Positions 52,961 through 64,000 of a DNA stretch of 64,000 nucleotides are shown here, piece after piece. The stretch's first letter is position 1, and each line of letters starts with the position of its first letter. Under the pieces are notes generated by a model. The model ran no database searches, was not told where the DNA came from, and was given only the letters and a program-made list of their open reading frames with translations. The translations under genes and the position numbers were made by a program. The stretch is from Octopus bimaculoides (taxonomy: Eukaryota): positions 42,564,242 through 42,628,241 of the forward strand of contig NC_068994.1 of NCBI RefSeq assembly GCF_001194135.2. The letters run 5' to 3'.

Positions 52961-54290
52961 GATTATAGTGATATGTTTGGGATAAAATTTCTGATGCTGC
53001 TTTTGATAAACTTCAGGTTAGCCCAAAGGGAACAGATTTATTGTTAAGACCTTTCCAGTCATACCCATCACGACTTGTTAGGGGCATCAATGTTTTCTTT
53101 CTTGAGTGTAATCTGTCCTTATTCAAGACAGTAAAATCTAGCCAACCTTCCCTTTCAAGTGAGTATGACTTGGTGACATGGACTGAGTTTCATTAACTGT
53201 TTAAGGTGCCTATATGGTTGCAATCTTGCATTGACACACTCTTGGACTCTTGACCCTTGGCTCAGAGGAATAATCAAGGTATGAAAGCTGCAGGGAAAGA
53301 AGGTTGCATTAGCGCCTGGCTGGTGCACAGTTATAACCAAATCAAGTGGTACCAAACACAGTGAAGTAAAATACTTTGCTCGATGATACACTGTACTGCC
53401 TACTTCAGAAATTCAATCCACAACCATATAATCATGATCCAAACATACTCACTACTATATCTCATGTTTTCACTTAAGACAGTAGGATCTATGAAATTTG
53501 AGGGAGATTTGACTGTTATTTCTAGAAGGTCTAACAGCTACATTAAGGATTCTTCCTTAGCATGTTATTGTTATTGTTGCGGTTGTTGTTATTTTTATAG
53601 CTGCTGTACCCTCTTGGAATCAATGTGGACATCATAGTTACTGCAAATATTATTAATATTCTGATTAATAATATTGCATTGATTGGGTATGGTAGTGTAA
53701 TTGATTATTATTAACAGCAATTGATTGCTTTTATGACGTCTTCATTGTCGTTGTTTATTGGCAAACCTCAGATCAACCCTGACTAAGCAGATCTATGATA
53801 AAAGGCATTCCAGCTGTGACCATCCCGTCTTTATTATTTATGTGTATGATATTCAGAACAACATTTTTCAACAACCACTTTTAAGATGGTGAGTCGTGAT
53901 TTGAGAAAGATTCAACAGCTGTTTCTCACAGTAACAATGGTTATATATAGAGGCTTCTGCTTATTGTCAGTTTTGAGCTTGTTATGTGGCTGTAGGTGTT
54001 ATAGTCAATTGGCTTCACTTAAAATTATCTTTTTAGTTATTCTATTATACGTTGCTGTTATTGTCATTATTATTTAGCCCTAGGTCTATACTGACTGAAC
54101 AGACCAAGGATCAAAGACATTCCAGCCGTGTTCATTTTGTATTTTCAGACACAGCAGACTGCCAGTGCCAAGTGAGTGAATTTGGTAGATATAAACATTG
54201 TAAAAACCTGTCTCATAGATATATCATCCTCATTGTCATCATCATTTAACGTCCGTTGTGAATGCTGGCATGGGTTGGACCATATTTGCA

Positions 54291-54343
<53 letters not shown>

Positions 54344-55520
54344 ATATATTCGTCAATTTCTTGACAATGGGGTCATAATCCCGAAATATTGAATACAAGA
54401 TAAGTCTACAGTAATTGACATATTTGTTTTCTTGTGATTTACCTTGCATTATTTACTTCACATTGTTTTGGCCTTACCCACGATCTTTTATACAATATAT
54501 TCTACACAATTCTTCACAGTAATTATTCCATTATATACATATATGTATATNNNNNNNNNNNNNNNNNNNNNNNNNNNNNNNNNNNNNNNNNNNNNNNNNN
54601 NNNNNNNNNNNNNNNNNNNNNNNNNNNNNNNNNNNNNNNNNNNNNNNNNNNNNNNNNNNNNNNNNNNNNNNNNNNNNNNNNNATATATATATATATATAT
54701 ATATATATAATGTACATATACACACATTAATACATATATATACACAAACATATACATACATGCACACATGCGCACACACACACATGCACAGACAAGCACA
54801 CATTCACACACACACATGTATACATAAATATGGTATGATGTGAAGAGTCTCTTGCACTTTAGCTATATCTAGCATTACATTATCTAAATTCACCTACATT
54901 ATCCAATGTAGCTGACCTTCCTTCTTCAAGACATTATGGTGGAACTTTAGGAACAGTCTCACCCTTGTTGGTTTGTTAGTTTTTGTGTTGAGTTTAATGC
55001 TGTTGTTGGATGCATTATAACTAGTCTTTGTTGCTATTGCTGATGCTGCAGCTCCACTATGTGTTAAAAAGTTGTTGCAGTCATTGTGCTAGATTGTTTC
55101 TTTCGTTGCAGTGTTATGTGAGAGTGTGATACAACTACTGTTTGTTGGTAGCTCAAAGAGTAACCTAATGAGGCTTGAAAAAAGCGTACCAAAGGAGAAT
55201 TATTACACTTGAAGATGGGTTAAATTATTGATGTGAAGTAAAATTATACTATTTCCTTTCATTTTACAGCACTTTTGAAAAGCACTCACTCCTCTGAATC
55301 TTTCCATGTTCTATGAACTGTATTATTGAACGTACTAGTTTAGTAACTATAGTCTTTTCTTTCTTTCTTTATTATTTGTTTCTTTATTTATTTATTTATT
55401 TCAACAACATCCAACTATGGAAATACCATACCAAAACAATTATTATATGAATATTTTATAGTATTTAATACTACATTGTAACAATTTTTTCCTAATAATA
55501 ATAATTATAATAATAAGTCA

Positions 55521-55682
55521 GTTGAGTTAGAGGTTAAAAAACCGTCTAAGGGATAGAAGTATCCATTACACTACCAGTATATTACTTATGTGTAACCATG
55601 GGCATACGTATGCAAACATATTATCCTCATAAATTATAGGTAAAGACAAGGATAAACATGAGTCTATCAAGAATCAAAATTT
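55521..55682 (+). repeat. ~160-bp dispersed repeat (copy of 12686-12847)
   Basis: gttgagttagaggttaaaaaaccgtctaagggatagaagtatcc...gataaacatgagtctatcaagaatcaaaat. Confidence 0.85.
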
Positions 55683-55907
55683 AAAGTAAACAGAAAACGG
55701 AAAACTGATGAACAACAATTGACTTACATCAATTATTATTTATTAATTCAATGCAATTAGACTGCATACCAGCTAACAGCTGCTCCTAAGGAAACAGAAA
55801 CAGCTGTTAGATAGGATGCAGTCTATTTGCATTGAATTAATAAATAATAATTGATGTAAGTTAATTGTTGTTCATCAGTTTTCCGTTTTCTGTTTACTTT
55901 AAATTTT
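55676..55907. repeat. 232-bp near-perfect hairpin (107-bp arms, 18-nt loop)
   Basis: aaaatttaaagtaaacagaaaacggaaaactgatgaac...ctaacagctg (55676-55782), loop ctcctaaggaaacagaaa, cagctgttag...gttcatcagttttccgttttctgtttactttaaatttt (55801-55907); only a few mismatches. Confidence 0.95.
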
Positions 55908-55968
55908 ACTACTACTGCTACTACTACTACTACTACTACTACTACTAATAATAATAATAATAATAATA

Positions 55969-56012
<44 letters not shown>

Positions 56013-56029
56013 AATGATACTGATAAATA

Positions 56030-56340
56030 CTTTCTTCTTTATCAGCCACCAGGGCCATACACAAACCATAAAGGACAATACACAGATGAGGGACAGTGGG
56101 ATTAGACATGCAAGAAGCAAAAACACAACAATTAAAAAGGAGATTAAACTAACAATATACTTCCCTAATAGGGGTGGGGAAGTTCTGCCAAGAGGTGACC
56201 AAAGAAACCTCACACACTTTTGACCCCCCTAATACCAAGGGTACCTCAGGTAGGCACCCCTTTCCTCTTTGTTCCATCTGACCTACAGGCGCACACTTAG
56301 AGTAGGGCCATTCACATAGGCTATTCTTGCCGCAGTAATA
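56030..56340 (-). mobile_element. Probable LINE 3' end with AATAAA-like signal and (ATC)n/(ATT)n tail
   Basis: Minus strand runs from GC-richer decayed sequence into ...ttgtcctttatggtttgtgtatggccctggtggctgataaagaagaaag, then trinucleotide repeats. Clade not determined. Confidence 0.4.
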
Positions 56341-57389
56341 ATAATGATAAAAATAATAATAACAGTGAAATTCCAAGGGTAACTGAAACTAGAATTTACT
56401 GAATAATATAAAGTAAACTGGGATAAATATTATGCATATAAACATACAACTATATATGCACATATACACATATATGCAACATATAATATATACTTATATA
56501 TTCTATATATATATGTATGTTTTATATATTACATATATGTGTGTGTGTGTGTATTTATATGTATAATATAATACATATACATATATATATATATATATTA
56601 TATTATATATATATGCATACATATCTAAAAACATATATACACATGCAGACACACGTGTGCACATGCACACACACACACACACATGCTTACACATGCAGAA
56701 ATACATATACATATGAAATTTTCTACTGTCATTCTTTTGAATTGTACTATCAATGAATGAGTTTCACATAAAACCTATATCCATTCCCCTATTCAAGAGC
56801 TCTTATAAGTGCATACTAGACTATACTTTAATGAAGATAGGATCAAAATAAGTCTAGAGTTGTCGTTGTGACTAGCAGAGGTAGATTTACTTCCCACAAG
56901 ATGTCTCCATTCAATTTTTAAACAATTTAAATTTCAGAGTTTTACCTCTTGCCTATTATGATAAAAATTGCCTTTAATGTTAATCTCTTAATTTTTTATT
57001 CTGAATACAAGTGTAATTTCATTTGGCTAAAAATTCTTTCTCACTCTCTTTATTAAATGAGTTCATACCTAATTTAGATATAGTTTTAATTAACAGATGA
57101 AGTTTCAATGACATTGTGTGCTATGCTTATGAATTCTGCAAAATGTGTGAAATAAAAAAAAAAATATATAGGAATGATGTAGAAATGAATTAGTAGAAGT
57201 ACATTTATCATACACTATAATATTAACACTCCAATATTGATTGCTTTAATAGCTACTAACGATATTATAATACCAATTGCTCTTAACTATTTTACAGACC
57301 ATAAAAGATAATCATCAGATCTCTGTACTGTTTATCTTAATCCTAACCCTCTCGAAAAATAACAACAGCAGTAACAACAGTCACCATAT

Positions 57390-58400
57390 CCGCACGTTCT
57401 TAAAATATTTAAATAAGTTGCAAAGGGAAAGGTTAAAAGATGCTATTAAAGAAGAGCATGCAGAAGGCCTGGTGATTATTTTAGTCTAAAAGAATTCAAA
57501 TTGTGCCGCTCGACATTAAATTGTAGCCCAAATTCAAAATTGGCTTCGATTTACATAAATAGCATATTTAAATTTTATTGACTCTTGGTCAATAGACATG
57601 TGGCTTGCATCTCGTTTCTTGTGATTCGTTAGCTACACAACATATGCATGTTCTTCATTCGCTTCCTACATCCCCTTCACCTTCACTGGCAAAGACAAGA
57701 AGAGTGTTGGTCTGTTAGAAGATTTTCCTGAATATTGAAACTATGCAGATAGAAAGAAAAGAAGCAGAAATAAATAAATAAATTATATGTATGTGTGTGT
57801 GTGTATGTGTATATATATATATGTATATATATACATATATACACACTGATACATACATACAAAATAACTAAAGCAAAATACGAAATAGGGGGGGGGGAAA
57901 GGAAAAATAAATTTTCTTACACATGAAAACAAGTAAAACAGCTCTACAAATTAAGTAATGCCTGTGTTTTTAGATTCAAGCCTTTACGATCAAAGCAAGC
58001 AATTCTTACAGTCACGGTAAACGCACAAAAGAAGCGGCTCATGTTTTGTTCGATCTAATGTGTATCATTTTCTTTGGATTATTATGTAGAGTGTGAGTAT
58101 CTGTGTGTATGTGTGTGTGTATATATATATGTATGTATATATATGTTTGTATTTGTATGCGTGAATATTTCTGTGAGTATGGGTTTTAGTGAATGTATGT
58201 CCTGTATGTGCGTGTATGTTGTATGTGTATGCATGTGCATGCGTTAATGTTATGTGTATGTATTAGTGTGTTGCGAAGGGCCATCGGGATGGAAGGGAAG
58301 TATTGGCTTTGGTAGTTTTTGAAAAACGACTAAACGAAAAGCAAACTCCCTTGAGTCTGACACAGCAGCAGGATAATGATCTTGGCTTGCATGAAAAATA
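57390..58400. promoter_or_regulatory. CpG-retaining unique region, possible promoter/5' end
   Basis: About 20 CpGs in this kb by eye versus about 4 per kb in 52000-53000 and 56400-57380. A minus-strand acceptor ttcttttctttctatctgcatag sits at 57741-57742. Confidence 0.3.
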
Positions 58401-59801
58401 ATCAAATGCATCCTAGGGGAAATAATAATAAATCAAACACTTTCATTTGATTCAACTTGTTTAAGCTTCCAGCATTTCACTTGTAATCCCCAAAACTGTG
58501 TTGATGCAATGTCAGAAAGCCTGTATCCACTCTTAAATCAGACTCTCACCCTTAGCCTTTCTGTGGATATTCTAGTTAAAAAAATAAAAGAGGGGGAAAG
58601 AGTAAATATCTAATATTGAACATATTTTTTTTTTTAAATATTGTTTTAATACTTTATTTGTATTTTTGGAAAAAGGTTTATTCATTTATTTTTATTTTTT
58701 TCTATTAATTTCATTTTATTTTATTTTTTAATTAAGAGAAAAAGAATTACATGCTGATATCAAAACTATTTTTAGAGTGCATTCAGGTTTTTTCTATGAA
58801 AAATTATTTTTATTATCACCACCAACACCAGCACCACCACCACCATCATCTTTATACATCGTCGTCATCGTCATTATCATCAACACCATCATCATCATCT
58901 TCCCTACCAATACTAACAATCTTTATTGTTTATACAATCACTGTTACACATCCTTTTCTCCACAAACAGCACCAAAAAAAAGAAGAAAAAAGCTGCTGCT
59001 GCTACTACTACTACGACTCTGCTACTACTACTAAGTAAAATGATTACAACAATCATTTGTAACAACAACACAAAGCTACACATTTTGATGGAGGAGTGAA
59101 GTAATCAATTACATTTACACCTAATACTTGACCGGTACTTTTTTATTTTATATTGACCCCCAATGGGACCTGAAATCAGATGGTAAATGGAGCATGTCTA
59201 AATATTGAACAGCATTTTATCTGGTTCTTTACCGATTTTTGTTACCCCTACCACCACCACCACCCTATTAATACTACTTGACTTACACTTTATTTTATCA
59301 GCTTCAGAAGGAAGAAAGGCAAAGTCATTCCATATAGGTTTTGAACTTAGATACGTAGATAGATGTAAACTAAATACAGCAAAGCATTTCGTCCATTATT
59401 CCACCACTCCACCACTATCACCACCACCACCAATCTATCACTATCACCATCACCACCACCACCACCACCACCACTCTACTACTATCACCACCAACACCAA
59501 CACCAACACTATCACCACCATTCCTCAGTAATACAAATGTTAACGACAACAATAATGATAATAATGATTTCGCATTTTGGGTCTAGGCCAGTAATTACAG
59601 ACGAGGGGATAAGTCAAGTACATTGGTCCCAGTGCGAAACTGGTATTTATTTTATCATTCCCCAAAAGGACGAAAAGCAAGAACATAAAAACAGAGGAAA
59701 TGCAGCTAAGCATTTTGCACGGCATGCTGCCTTAAAGTGAGATGCTTATAGCACCTAGGCTTCTGAAGCAGTTACCTATTTAAGTACTTTTCTTTCTTGC
59801 C

Positions 59802-60083
59802 TTAACCTTCCAGCGTGGAGTATAGGCCACTTATAATTGAATTCCATGTCGCATAATTTTTCGCTTCTGTACTTATACTCTGCCATGAATTTCCCCCTTT
59901 CTCTAGTTCCTTTTGTGTTGATCTAGGCCACGAGTTCTTAGGCCTACCCCTCTTTCTATATCCATCCAGATTCCACTGTAAAGCACTTTTCGCTGCATTT
60001 GGTGTGTCCTTTCTAATTGTGCTACCAATCCACTTCCACTTTTTCTTAAATATTTGCTCCCTAATAGAAAGAGGCTTATTCAT
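59802..60083 (-). mobile_element. RTE-clade LINE ORF 3' end
   Basis: ...IREQIFKKKWKWIGSTIRKDTPNAAKSALQWNLDGYRKRGRPKNSWPRSTQKELEKGGNSWQSISTEAKNYATWNSIISGLYST matches the W.WIGHTLR...ALDWNPQGKRKRGRP..TW terminus of RTE/RTE-X elements. Confidence 0.85.
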
Positions 60084-60089
60084 TTATTT

Positions 60090-60169
60090 AAGTACTAACT
60101 AGGCTCAAAACTGCTTAGCTTCAGGGATCAGACAGGAACTGGTGCATTCAATATGATAGGGCCAAAAGC
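60090..60169 (-). pseudogene. Decayed 5S rRNA, nucleotides 1-80
   Basis: gcttttggccctatcatattgaatgcaccagttcctgtctgatccctgaagctaagcagttttgagcctagttagtactt aligns without gaps to recalled metazoan 5S nt 1-80 (59/80 by hand). Box A is partly kept; box C is absent. Confidence 0.85.
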
Positions 60170-61070
60170 AACAATGATAATGATAATTGTTTCAAATTTT
60201 GGCACAAGCTCAACAATTTTATGAGGAAGAGAATGTTTGCTTTGATCCAAGTATTTGACCAGTATCTCTATCTTTTTGACTCAGAAAAACATGAATGGCA
60301 AAGTTGACCTTGGTGGGTTTCCACCTCAGGATGCAAAAATCTGAAAGAACTATCACTAAGTATTTTGTTGGATGTGCTAATGATTTTGTCAGACTACCAC
60401 CTTAAATGGTTTTAGAATTTTGGCACAAGGCTAGGAATTTTAGGGGACAGTATAAGACATCATCCCCATTACTCAGCTGTTACTTTAATTTACCAATCCT
60501 TAGAGGAGAAAAAGCAATGTTGATCCCAGTGAGATTTGAAATCAGAGCATAAAGAGCTGGATAATATGCAGGTAAGTATTTTGTCCAAGATACTTATGAT
60601 TCTGCCAATTGTTTTTGCATTTATAACACTACCACCACCATCATCAACAACAAAAACAATAATAATCCTTTCTAATATAGGCACAAGGCCTGAAATTTGT
60701 GGGGAGGGGGGCAGTCAATTAGATCGACCCCAGTATGAAACTGGTACTTGATTTATCAACCCTGAAAGGATGAAAGGCAAAACTGACCTCGGTGGAATTT
60801 GAACTCAGAATGTTAAGACAGACAAAACACCGCTAAGCATTTCACCCGGTGTACTAAAAATTCTCTCAGCTCACGTCCTTGACAACAACAATAATAATCT
60901 TTTCTACTAAAGACACAAAGCCTGAAATTTGTGGGGAAAGGCTAGTTGATTTCTTCGGTCCCCAATGCTTGACTGGTACCTATTATATCAACTCTGAAAG
61001 GATGAAAAGCAGAATTGGCCTCAGCAGAATTTGAATTCAGAATACAAAGAAGGACGAAATACTGCTAAGT

Positions 61071-61153
61071 ATTTTGTCCAGCATAATGACATAATAATAT
61101 TTTGTCCAGCATAATGACATAATAATATTTTGTCCAGCATAATGACATAATAA
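61071..61153. repeat. 28-bp unit in three tandem copies
   Basis: attttgtccagcataatgacataataat at 61071, 61099 and 61127. Confidence 0.95.
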
Positions 61154-61465
61154 CAGCATAATAACAGCCATACTATTGAAGCAAGAAGACAAGATAAAAT
61201 CATAAAGGACAGATAAAGCAGTGTAAGATCATTTACTTGACTGTACGGTATGATAGTAGAGTGAACACCAAAGAAATTGAGTAATATTAAGGACTTAACC
61301 AGAAAGATGAAGAGATTGTAGAAGACAAAGTTGATCTCGGCGGAATTTGAACTTAGAATACGCAGATGGACGAAATGTGGGATGAAAGATAATATTAATA
61401 CTTTCACATTACTAATACCACCATAATGTTCATAGTGTAGATATTTTTTGTTATCACTACCAACA

Positions 61466-61720
61466 TAGGCCCAGGAACTGGGGGTGTATGGGTTGCAAGC
61501 ACACCCCCTAAAATTGTTTGGTGGGTGCAAAATCAAAGCTCACAACCCCTACTTATTTTTTTAAGGTTTACAAAAACTGTAAAAAGTAGCTTGAAATTAG
61601 GTTTCTTTTTAAAAAAACAAGGAACAAAAATAAATAAAAACAAAACAATAAAAACTTGTTTGCAAAATTATTTTGGACCTGGGTTTGCCCTCCCAAAGCA
61701 AATTTCATTCCTGAGCTAGG
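61466..61720. mobile_element. Possible non-autonomous DNA transposon remnant
   Basis: Imperfect terminal inverted match taggcccaggaa ... ttcctgagcta around ggggg/ccccc-rich subterminal sequence. Confidence 0.3.
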
Positions 61721-62208
61721 CTAGAGACCACCAACTATCCGCAAGACCATCTGTTTCAACAGACTATCAATTACTATACACTGGCCACTGACCCTTCACT
61801 GTAACCCCCATCATTTTTCATTAAACTCTCTATACACTAGTTGGGGTTCATAACATTGAAATTTCTCAGAGCTTAAAATATGCAGCTATAATGTTTTCCT
61901 TTTTTTTTACTTTATAATTGCTGCTGCTGCTGTTGCAGTTATTGTTGTTGTTGTAACTGTCGTTTAGAACATTTTCCCTTATTAATCTTGACACATGTAA
62001 AAGGTAACAGTTATGGCAAGCAGCTTTTCTTTTTCACACTAAGTCAAATCAATGATACTAACACCTGATATATACTCTATAATAAGCTGCACACGGAACT
62101 CACACAGGAAGAATTTTTACTTGCAAAGAGTAAAAATATTTTCAAGCAAAATATATTTATTACATTAACACCAAGGATACAAATATTTAGTAAATACAAT
62201 TGAGTAAA

Positions 62209-62244
<36 letters not shown>

Positions 62245-62269
62245 TGGTAGATGATTAGTACATATTTTA

Positions 62270-62680
62270 GGTGAAGGCATTGTCTTTATGGTTAAGAAGT
62301 TCACCTCCCAAAGCTTTTGGATCCAGTCCCCCTGTATGGCACATTAGGCAAGTGTCTTCTACTATAGCCCTGACCTAACCAAAGCCTTTGGTTAGTAGAG
62401 AGCAACTGAAAGGTGTCTGTAACACATATCTATATCCATTCAACCATCTCTCTCTTTCTTTTACTCTTTTATTTGTTTCAGTCATTTGACTGTGGCCATG
62501 CTGGAATACCGCCTTTAGTCGAACAAATCGACCTCAGGACTTATTCTTTGTAAGCCTAGTACTTATTCTATCAGTCTCTTTAGCCAAACTGCTAAGTTAC
62601 GGAGACGTAAACACACCAGCATCGGTTGTCAAGCGATGGTGGGGGGACAAACACAGACACAAACACACATACATATATAT
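62270..62680. mobile_element. Family A SINE 5' half (+; 62270-62420) and 3' half (-; 62460-62680)
   Basis: tggttaagaagttc...ggcaagtgtcttctactatagcc on plus; ttgtttcagtcatttgactgtggccatgctgg...ggggggacaaacacagacac is the minus-strand tail. Confidence 0.8.
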
Positions 62681-62699
62681 ATGTAGCTGGGAAGCTGTA

Positions 62700-63745
62700 G
62701 CAAACCCCAGTCTGATTTGGCATGGTTGCTATGGTTGAATGCCCTTTCTAATGCCAACCATTTTACAGTGTGCAGGGTGCTTTTACATGGCACTGCCACA
62801 AGTGCTTTTCACCACCAGAGGGACCAGTCCTAACACTTCTACTGCAGAGTATGGGTCTTCTTATGTACAGCAATGCACCAGGCATCTTGGTCCCTCATCA
62901 TCTCACCTGAATGGTTCAGCATCTTAAACTCTGATAATAATAATAACAATTTACTAAACTCAGAATCAGAATTTCAATTTTAAATTTCAACTCAATTCTG
63001 AAATGCATTTAATATTGAACTCTGCTGTTTTTGCCACTTTAGTTCTGATTAGCTGTTGTGCTATCACTTTAATGAAAACAGTTCCAGGCTTACTTTAAGC
63101 TAAAGGTCAAGAACCTTGACGACATTGAAGCCTGTATGTTGTTGATTAATGAACTATGTGCTGTGGAATTTTAAGAATATAATTTAAGGCTTTAAAAATC
63201 CATATTAATGTTTGAGTGTCTTAGAAAACGTGATATTCATAATTTTGTTATTAGTATGCGTGATTAATTAAAACAAGGTTAACAAAAGATTTTCTATATA
63301 TTTTCTTTCTAAATTTTTTACATTAAAACCGGGGTCTTTATTTTTAACTTTCTTGTTAAAGTATTACCAGTGATTTTTTTTTTTGATCTGTTGTGCACTA
63401 CATCAATTCAAAGGCTTGAGAACTGCTCCAATATGTTGTTAGTTGAGCAAATGATGAATCCTTTATGCTGTTCCTCAACCTACTAGAAACATCAAACCAA
63501 ATCTGCCTCCTGTTACATATAGAAAGGATATTTCATCACCATCATTATCATCCTTTAACATCAGATTCTGATGCTAGCACGGGTTGGACAATTTCACAGA
63601 ACCTAGTGAGTCACAAGACTGCTTTGAGCTCCAGTGACACCTTTTGACATGGTTTCTATGTCTTGATGTCCTTCCTACCACCAACCACTATACAGTGTCT
63701 ACCAGGTGCTCTTTTCCTTCCACTGGCACTTGTGTGGTCACTAAG
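62700..63745 (-). mobile_element. Two RTE-tail repeats (62700-62810, 63530-63745)
   Basis: gatttggcatgg...tgccctttctaatgccaaccattttacag; catcattatcatcctttaacatc...agcacgggttggac...cttcctaccaccaaccactatacag. Confidence 0.7.
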
Positions 63746-64000
63746 CAAATTATAACACATAAAAAAAAAACAGGGGAAAATGTAAAAGCTCCTTCAACTA
63801 AGTCTGAGATTAGAGAAGATGGTTTACACTACGTGTTGTGAGGCTAAAGTTTAATAAGAGGAACAGACACAAGTGTCTTGCTAAGCAGGAGATACATAGC
63901 TACCCTGCAATATATAAGGGTGTGTGGGAGTGGCCACAAATAAGATTGAGCTGGTGGTGATGAGATGCCAGAGTATTTTACAATACAGAAGGGTGAGTGC

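Larger units (their letters stand above)
59060..61385 (-). mobile_element. Cluster of co-oriented family B SINEs (about 59270, 59565, 60185, 60405, 60666-60880, 60897-61085, 61330, plus a remnant near 59060)
   Basis: Repeated ggcacaagg..gaaattt...cccag...ggatgaaaggcaaa..gacctc..ggaatttgaa units separated by (AAT/AAC/CAC)n; best copy 60666-60880. Confidence 0.85.

Noticed and set aside
53642-53678. Short AT-rich hairpin tgcaaatattattaat-attctg-attaataatattgca
   Set aside because: Short and very AT-rich, so expected by chance in this composition.
34-63841. The many ORFs in the six-frame track rich in YI/CV/HT dipeptides, homopolymers or X
   Set aside because: They are translations of (TA)n, (TG)n, (CA)n, trinucleotide repeats and N-gaps, open in several frames at once, with no domain content.

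Overview
AT-rich, microsatellite-saturated animal genomic DNA with many assembly gaps. Composition and repeat families look like a cephalopod, probably an Octopus short-read assembly; this is inferred from recalled repeat consensi, not from a search. Nearly all ORFs in the supplied track are artefacts of (TA)n/(CA)n/trinucleotide repeats or N-runs, and I recognise no cellular protein-coding gene. The window appears intronic/intergenic. It holds three families of tRNA-derived SINEs, many copies of an RTE-type LINE tail, decayed RTE and R4/Dong-type LINE fragments, and Tc1/mariner remnants. A few splice-site-bounded segments could be 5' exons of a large minus-strand gene. The most notable structures are: (1) a ~540-bp fold-back at 34.9-35.4 kb made of a tRNA-Ile-like head, an (AAT)n tract and a Penelope-type minimal hammerhead ribozyme tail, with its symmetry axis exactly on the tRNA anticodon loop and a possible 13-bp target-site duplication; (2) two more long near-perfect palindromes (32.7 kb and 55.7 kb); (3) a decayed 5S rRNA (nt 1-80) fused directly to an RTE LINE 3' end at 59.8-60.2 kb; (4) a head-to-tail pile-up of same-orientation SINEs at 59-61.4 kb. 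All alignments were done by eye.
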